Positions 56,232 through 64,000 of a stretch of 64,000 nucleotides of DNA are shown in pieces; within the stretch, counting starts at the first letter, position 1, and each line of letters opens with the position of its first letter. This stretch comes from the human T2T-CHM13v2.0 reference genome, Homo sapiens. The notes beneath the pieces were generated by a model. That model saw only the letters and a list, made by a program, of their open reading frames with translations, was not told where the DNA came from and made no database searches. The position numbers and the translations under genes were made by a program. Where the stretch lies: NCBI RefSeq assembly GCF_009914755.1, contig NC_060927.1; one strand, written 5' to 3'.

Positions 56232-57459
56232 TAAATGGAGTGGATCCAACTTTATATCTTGACAGCTACACATTTTTCCAACCCCATTTCATTAATAATC
56301 CGTATTTCCCCTACTGATTTTAAATGCCACCATTATCATATACTAAATTTCCTTCCCTATTTATGAACTTTCTATTCTGTCTTATTAATCTGTTGGTTTA
56401 TCTCTGTACCAGAATCATAAGATTTTAATTTTTGAATCTTCATAATACTTCATTCTCTCTCTTTAAACTCTACAATACAATCAGAAAAGTCAACCCACCC
56501 ACCCACCCAGCAGTTCCTGTATTTCTCATTCCCTTCATAACCACCTACAATAGCAGCCATTGAAGACTCACTGTCAGTAAATTGTTCATCCAAGGTGACC
56601 ATGTACTTTCACTGTTCATCCAAGGTGATAATTTACATAATTTTTCTTCTGTATGCTTAGATTCATAGCATCCCATTTTCCACTAAGTGACAAGGCCACC
56701 ATCCACCATTGTCTTCAAACCCAGCCAGTACCAGATTCCCAGTTTCAGGGTTTGATTTCTGCAACCACTTCCAATACCAAACTTGTCAGTCAAATTTCAG
56801 TACAGAAAACAGAAATCACTGTGTGTATTTTACACAGGAAGATATTTAATAAAGAGAACTAAGTTCTTACCAAATCGGTGGAAGGCCTGGAGAAACAGCT
56901 CTGGGCTGGACATCTTGGAGTGAACAACTCTACTGGGCCAGTCTACCAAGGAAGCTGCTGGGTCTGAGGCCACTGGAGCCAGGCTAGGCCTGGCACCAAG
57001 GCCATGGCCTGAATGTGGACACCTTAATCTGTGATCTAGGGATTTCTGAGTTTGATCAAGAAGCTGCCACAGTCACTACTGCTTCTTAACACCCAGGAAG
57101 CTGAAGAATAAGGACTGAAACTTGTGACAAAGAAGCCACAACCTTCCTATTCAGGGGAGGTGTCCAAAGCCACAGGAGGATGGTTTCCTAACCTCCACCT
57201 GCCTGATACCAAGATAGTGCATCTAACTGGAGAGCCTGAAGTTGTTTTTAGGACTCCGACCTCTAATACCTCTTTACATAAATCTTGCTCGTTTCTTATA
57301 GAGTTTATTTCTAGGCAATTTATCTTTCTAATTGCTAAAGAAACTGTTGTTTCTTCCATTATATCTTCTGATTAGTTGCTGCACATATATATATATATCA
57401 TTAATTTTGGTATATTAATATTATACTCAGAATAAAATCTCATAGTTTATAGTAGTTGG

Positions 57460-57614
57460 GTTTTTTGTTTGTTTGTTTGTTTATGTGACAGAGTGTTGCT
57501 CTGTCACCAGGCTGGAGTGCAGTGGCGCTATCTAGGCTTACCACAATCTCCGTCTCCCAGATACAGGCGATTCTCCTGCCTCAGCCTCCTGAGTAGCTGG
57601 GACTACAGGTGTGC
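57460..57614 (-). repeat. 5'-truncated Alu (right arm)
   Basis: TSD ATAGTAGTTGG both sides. Confidence 0.85.
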
Positions 57615-57744
57615 ATAGTAGTTGGTTCTTTTAGGATTTCCAAGTTTACAGTCATATAATATAAAGATAATAATTATTTTTCCTCCTTTCTTGTCTTGTT
57701 TCTGGTATTAAGAATATGTTTTTGGTGTTTACTCAGCAAGGAGG

Positions 57745-58812
57745 TGTTGCGGGAAGTCAGGGACCCCAAACGGAGGGACCGACTGAAGCCATGGCAGAAG
57801 AACATGGATTGTGAAGATTTCATGGACATTTATTAGTTCCCCAAATTAATACTTTTATAATTTCTTATGCCTGTCTTTACTGCAATCTGTAAACATAAAT
57901 TGTGAAGATTTCATGGACACTTATCACTTCCCCAGTCAATACCCTTGTGATTTCCTATGCCTGTCTTTACTTTAATTTCTTAATCCTGTCAGCCGAGGAG
58001 GATGTATGTCGCCTCAGGACCCTGTGATAATTGCCTTAACTGCACAAATTGTAGAGCATATGTGTTTAAACAATATGAAATCTGGGCACCTTGAAAAAAG
58101 AACAGGATAACAGCAATGTTTAGGAAACAAGAGAGATAACCTTAAACTCTGACTGCTGGTGAGCCGGGCGGAACAGAGACATATTTCTCTTCTTTCAAAA
58201 GCAAATGGAAGAAATATCCCTGAATTCTTTTTCTCAGCAAGAAACATCCCTGGGAAAGAGAATATGCACTTAGGGGTAGGTCTATAGATGGCCCCCCCGG
58301 GTGTGGCCGTCTTCTATGGTCAAGGCTGTAGGGGTGAAATAGACCCCAGTCTCCCATAGCGCTCCCAGGCTCATTTGGAAGAGGAAATTCCCACCTAATA
58401 AATTTTGGTCAGACCGGTTGCTCTCAAAACCCTGTCTCCTGATAAGATGTTATCAATGACAATGGTGCCCGAAACTTCATTAGCAATTTTAATTTCGCCC
58501 CAGTCCTGTGGTCCTGTGATCTCGCCCTGCCTCCATTTTGCCTTGTCATATTCTATTACCTTGTGAAGTACGTGATCTCTGTGACCCACACCTATTCGCA
58601 CACTCCCTCCCCTTTTGAAAGTCCCTAATAAAAACTTGCTGGTTTTGCGGCTTGTGGGGCATCACGGAACCTACCAACATGTGATGTCTCCCCCGGACAC
58701 CCAGCTTTAAAATTTCTCTCTTTTGTACTCTGTCCCTTTATTTCTCAAACCAGCCAATGCTTAGGGAAAATAGAAAAGAACCTATGTGACTATCGGGGCA
58801 GGTTCCCCGATA
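57745..58812 (+). mobile_element. Solo MER11 LTR (HERVK11/HML-8), 1068 bp
   Basis: TGTTGCGGGAAGTCAGGGACCCC start, CCCCGATA end, 6-bp TSD AGGAGG (57739-44, 58813-18), AATAAA ~58627. Confidence 0.92.
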
Positions 58813-61333
58813 AGGAGGAGATTGACTTTGGATTTGAGATAAACATATTTTATAATTAAGTAAGAATTGATCAATTCTTATTTTGTTGAAATTCTTTACC
58901 TATTAGGATGAATGCTGGATTTTATTACATGCCTTTTCATCATCTATGAAGATAGTCATGTGATTTGTTTTTCTTAGTAATTGTGAGTTTTGTTAATAGG
59001 TTTCCTTATTTAGCCTTTATTCTAAGAGAAATGAGTCACTGGGGAATTCTGAGCAGATGAGAGACATTATTCAGAATTAAATATTAACAGAATCACTCAG
59101 GCTTCTGTGTTGAGATACACAGCAGAGACACAAGGATGGAAGCTGGCTGTTGCAATCTTTGAGACAAGAGATGGATTGATTGTACCAGGGTGGTAGCAGT
59201 GGAACTGATGAGAAGTAGTTGGATTTTAGAAATATTTTGAAGGTAGAAGTTTCAGGAATTGATGACATATGAGATGTAAAGTATGAGAGAAAGAGGAGTC
59301 AATTGATAACTGAGGTAGGGAAAACTATAGGAAAATCAGATTTGGGAGAAATTCAGGAGCCCTGCGATGGATATTCTTGGGTTTGAGATGCCTTTTGGAA
59401 ATCTGAGTCAGTAAATAGGCCTCTGACATTCAGGAGAGATGCCAAAGCTAGAGATAAGAATTTGCAAGTTATCAACAGAAAATGATATTTGATGCTATGA
59501 GACTGGATGAACTCACCAGAGTTGTGAGTGCAGTTATAGAAGGGAAGAGGACCAAGGACAGAGCCTCAATCATTAACTCCAATAGTAAGAAGTTGAGAGA
59601 AGAGAAAATAGCAAAGGAACTTGGGAAAGACTGGCCAATGAGATGCAAGGTAAACCCAGAGAATGGGGAAGGGCAGTGTCTCAGAAGCAAACAAACAATC
59701 TGAATTAAAGAGGAGTTCTGCCATATGTTGATGCTAGATCAAGTAAGATAAGAACTGAAAAAATAAAATGACAGCACTAGGATGAACATATTTGTCCTAT
59801 CAATTATTATAAATCTAAAATCTAAATACTAAATCTAAATACTAAAACTAAAATCTAAATACTAAAATCATTTGTGAATAAAGATATTGAAACTGGATGA
59901 ATTAAAACTCAGCTCTGTACTCTACATGAGAGACACACCTAAAACAAATTGATTCAAAAAGTTTTAAAATAAAAGATGGGCAAAGACACACCAGGCAAAT
60001 ATAAACACCAATAAAGCCAAGATTCTGATAAAGTTAAATTCAGAGGGAAAAAAAAGCCTATTAAACAAAAGAGAGAAGGGGAGTTTAGAATGTTAAGGTG
60101 CAGACTTCACAATGACATAACCTCCTATGAGTATATATGCCCCAAGTAACATTGCTGCCCCTCAAATGCACCCAGATGCCCCTGCTTTGGAGCCTTGGCA
60201 GTGGTTGTTACCTCTGCCTGGAATACTGTCCCCCAGAGCACAAGTAACTCATTCATTTCCCTAAGACTGCTCAAAACGTTATTTTCTCAATGAATCCTAT
60301 TGTGACCTCCATATTTAAAATTGTAACTTATTCTGTCTAATTCTTTTAAACTCTATTTTGCACATTGTTTTTGTTCCTGCTCTTCACATCTCTTGCTGAG
60401 TGTTCTTTAGTGTCTGTTCTTTCATGGACTGCTTCCAGTTTTTTCTTTATTTCTTTGATGCCTTTTTTTTCCCCTTTCACTTCTTTTTGAAGTGCTACCA
60501 GCTCGTGTTTGATCGGTTGTCTCACTTTCCCTCACGTGAGCTACCTGCAAGAGGTATATGTTAGTAGAGCCCAGTTTCCTGGCTGGAAGGAGTTTGACTG
60601 ATGGTTCAAGACTGAGTGAGTGAATTGTTTTAGTCTTTACTTCTCCCAAGCCAAAAACTAGGCAGCTGGAAGGCTGCTGTCAGTGCGGTCTTCTCTCCAT
60701 GTTTACTGGCAGACTGCTTCCTGCAAATAAATGAATTGTCTGCATCTTCATTCAGTTCTGTCCTCCACATGTTGCTCTTCTGGTTAGGATCTGGCTTTGT
60801 GACCTTCTCCCACAAGCCCTTTAATTTGTAGTGTGCACCAGCCTCATTTGAGATCTGCAACCCCTTCTCCAGCTTTTCTACTAACCCTCACTGCCTTGAT
60901 ACCACTCCCACATTTTGTATGGTTTTGAGTTTGAGATATCTCCTTGTTTTGCAAAGGTGGGGTTTTCATTTCTGTTCCTCAGTTGGCCTTATTACTGCTG
61001 AGTGGTTTCTAAGAGAAAGGAGGAATGCTTATAGTATCCACCCTTCTCAAACCAGAGTTGCCAACTGATTTTCTATAAATTAGGGTTTTACTATTAGCAA
61101 AAGCCAAGTTAGGTGTTCCAGCTACTAAAAGGTCTTCAGACTTGGCATAAACATAGTGCTTTTTTTTTCTTTCTGAGATTTGTTTAAAAATATTCTCATT
61201 GTATGAGAGGGACCCACTAGATAACCTCTGGGTCCCCTTCAGCTTGGAAATTCCATGATTCTACATAACACACCCAACTTACCTCAATGAATGTAGAGAA
61301 CCCATTATTTTCTATGGCAAAAGAAAGTGCTTA

Positions 61334-61725
<392 letters not shown>

Positions 61726-61752
61726 TTAAGAAAATTGTTTTGAATTAAATTG

Positions 61753-62237
61753 ACGGTGCTGGTTATTTTCTGTTTGTCCACATCTACCCTCTACCCTTCT
61801 CCACCCTCCTCTGTGCCCTAGGAGGCTGGCCTCTATGGATGTGTCAGTAGGCTTCCTTGTCTTCTGGTTCCTGATTGGGTTCAGTTAATGGGAGCACTGG
61901 CAGGAGACTAGAGAGAGGTAAGAGAGTGAGGTCAGAGTATTTGTTCCTTGGCTACCTCTGTGCTGAGTCATGGCAAGCTGGCCATGTCCCTCAGTGGAAG
62001 GCCATAGCTCTAGTCAGGCAGCCCTTTCCATATAGTGGAGTAACTGCTTCCGCTCCTTGCCCTTCAGGCCTAGAACGGTAATGACTCAATTATTACTAGC
62101 TTCAGGGTGCACCACCATCCCTCATGGTTTCCCTAAACTTTGCTCACACATTTGTGAATAGTCTCTTTTTAAAACTCCACTCAAATTACCAAATTGGAGT
62201 ATGCCATCTGTTTCCTGCCAGGACTGTGACTGATGCA
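61753..62237 (+). mobile_element. LTR33-like solo LTR (ERVL)
   Basis: Recognisable LTR33 motifs (CTGTGCCCTAGGAGGCTG...GCCATCTGTTTCCTGCCAGGAC...CTGATGCA). Confidence 0.65.
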
Positions 62238-62744
62238 TTGGACATGTTTTGCTGCCCTAAATATATTCCAGCATCTCCATGCAGCACTACACAGTTTCTA
62301 TAATAGACTTGACTGCCATCCTAAACTCTTCCCAACATGACTCAGATTTTAATGGAGGTAATTCACGATTTGATTTTTCATGTTTGGACAGCCTTCATAA
62401 GGCAGATATGACATAATGAAAATAGTTTAGATGTGAACATTTAGCTTCTAGTAGGCAATGAATAAAAAGTCTATACAAAGAGCAGTGGTGGTAAATAGAA
62501 TTAATATTCTGATTATAAAAAATTCTATTTAAATATAACAGCAACCTTTAGATCAAATCAATTATAGTCAGGTATTTCGCATCACGTTTAAAATGCCTCA
62601 ACATATCAAGTAGAAATAAAATGAAGAGAAAAAGAACTTTACATTTTTGCTGAAGACATTTTTGATGTTTTCTATTTTGAAATAAAAAACGTAAATTTAT
62701 TTTCATGTATTAAAAGACCTATCTCGTCCCCCCGGAAAGAAATA

Positions 62745-62824
62745 TTAGGTTGGTGCAAAAGTTATTGCGGTTTTTGCCATTGAGAGTAATGGTAAAAACC
62801 ACAATAACTTTTGCATCAATATAA
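62745..62824. mobile_element. MADE1 (Hsmar1 MITE), 80 bp hairpin
   Basis: Two 37-bp TIRs around a 6-nt spacer GAGAGT, TA at both flanks. Confidence 0.95.
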
Positions 62825-63281
62825 TATATAAACTGTTTCCATCCTCCCTGTAGTGTTGAATACAAGTTAGAGTAGATGAAATACCACATACATATTTTGA
62901 ATATCTTGGGGAAAATGTTGTTTTATTTCCACTGTGTTTTTACTGGAAACCTACAACATAATGACCATTTGACATCTGCCAAATAATCAAAGACACTATT
63001 TGGCTCACAGTGCCATTTCAGTTCCTTGTCTTAGCAGGGAAGAGGCTAAATGGCTAATGGGTCTTTTCTGTGTCTTCTGTGTATGTAATACATTCCTAGA
63101 ATAAAGCCATTGAAGTAATAGAATTCCTCTATGAAATTACTCACCTGAGGAGAACTGTTCATTCTAAATTTAGATTTTGATGAATATAGATATTTTAACT
63201 ATCAGATTCTGAATCATGAGTGTCAAGAACTACAAAGGGGTTGAAATTTTACCACATGTATGAGCTAATAATAAGTTAGCC

Positions 63282-63732
63282 TGTCACAGTTTCATGGTTG
63301 TTGACAGAAGACACAAGACTCCTGGGTCAGAGACAAAGGACATTATTACTCGTTGTGTAGCAGTCAGCATGGGCTTCATATTTGTGTCAGTTCTCCTTAC
63401 TCCTCAAGTCCCATGGGAACATGTGGAAGAGCCTGGGTGGATTCTACACAATCAATAAATTTGCATCGTAGCTAAAAAAAAAAAAACTCAGACTTTTAAC
63501 CCTGGTCTTTTCAAGGGACTGTTAGCAAACCTGCTCAACCTGAGGGAAACATTATCTTTCTTATCATGGACAGCAAAAAAAAAAAAAAAAAAAATCTGCC
63601 ACTATCTTCAAGACCGTCTGCTACACAAACATCTTCCAAAAGATATTTAATAATTTGAAACAAAGGATGTCAGTGCCTTTACTCAGAAGATGGGCAGACA
63701 CACAAAAGACCCATGCAGAATTATCTCCCAAC
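63282..63732 (-). mobile_element. ERVL solo LTR (LTR40/LTR47-like)
   Basis: Minus strand begins TGTTGGGAGATAATTCTGCATGGGTC and ends TGACA. Confidence 0.55.
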
Positions 63733-64000
63733 AATTAGGAGTAGCCTTGCCACCATCACAACTCATGAGTTTTCCCAGCAGAAGTATACTCTACAGCCTA
63801 CACAGGTAACTGAACTTCAGAGTTACACAACTTAGTAAGAGAACGATTGCTAGATTTCCTTTTTACATGTCTTTTAATAATTAAAAAAAATAAGATAGGT
63901 ATAATACAAGCACTTAGTATAAAAATAAAAGACTATTAAGAGTGTAGGCAGTGAAAAGTAGGTGTCTTTCCCCGTCTCCCAACCACCCAGTCTTTCTCCC

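Noticed and set aside
56583-56628. Spaced 16-bp direct repeat TGTTCATCCAAGGTGA, plus short AT-rich repeats at ~4780, ~18085, ~50625 and ~59811 resembling a repeat-spacer array
   Set aside because: Only 2-3 units in eukaryotic DNA, consistent with slippage duplications; no CRISPR-like or other regular architecture.

Overview
Human (primate) genomic DNA holding the 5' half of ANO10 (anoctamin-10/TMEM16K, ER lipid scramblase; SCAR10 ataxia gene) on the minus strand. It includes a CpG-island promoter with a non-coding exon 1 (~51.5 kb) and coding exons 2-7 (codons 1-406). All junctions read from the sequence are GT-AG. The rest is intron/upstream DNA full of transposable elements: the 3' end of an L1PA2, a full-length dead L1PA5-like element, solo LTRs (LTR17/HERV-W, LTR18, MER11, LTR16A, LTR33, MST, MLT1), Tigger3b/MER44/MER58/MADE1 DNA elements and about 24 Alus. 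I see no clearly new multi-gene system. The strongest leads are: (1) the antisense intronic L1 keeps an intact ORF0 inside a 257-codon open frame, and it offers a 3' splice site exactly in phase with ANO10 exon 4, predicting a possible ANO10-L1/ORF0 chimera; (2) an HERV-W LTR sits 49 bp upstream of that L1; (3) exons 3-6 are all phase-1 symmetric and flanked by inverted Alus (skipping/circRNA with an endless ORF); (4) two LTR-borne perfect ARE/NF-E2 motifs. Repeat subfamily names come from recognition of consensus sequences, not a database search, and boundaries of old repeats are approximate.
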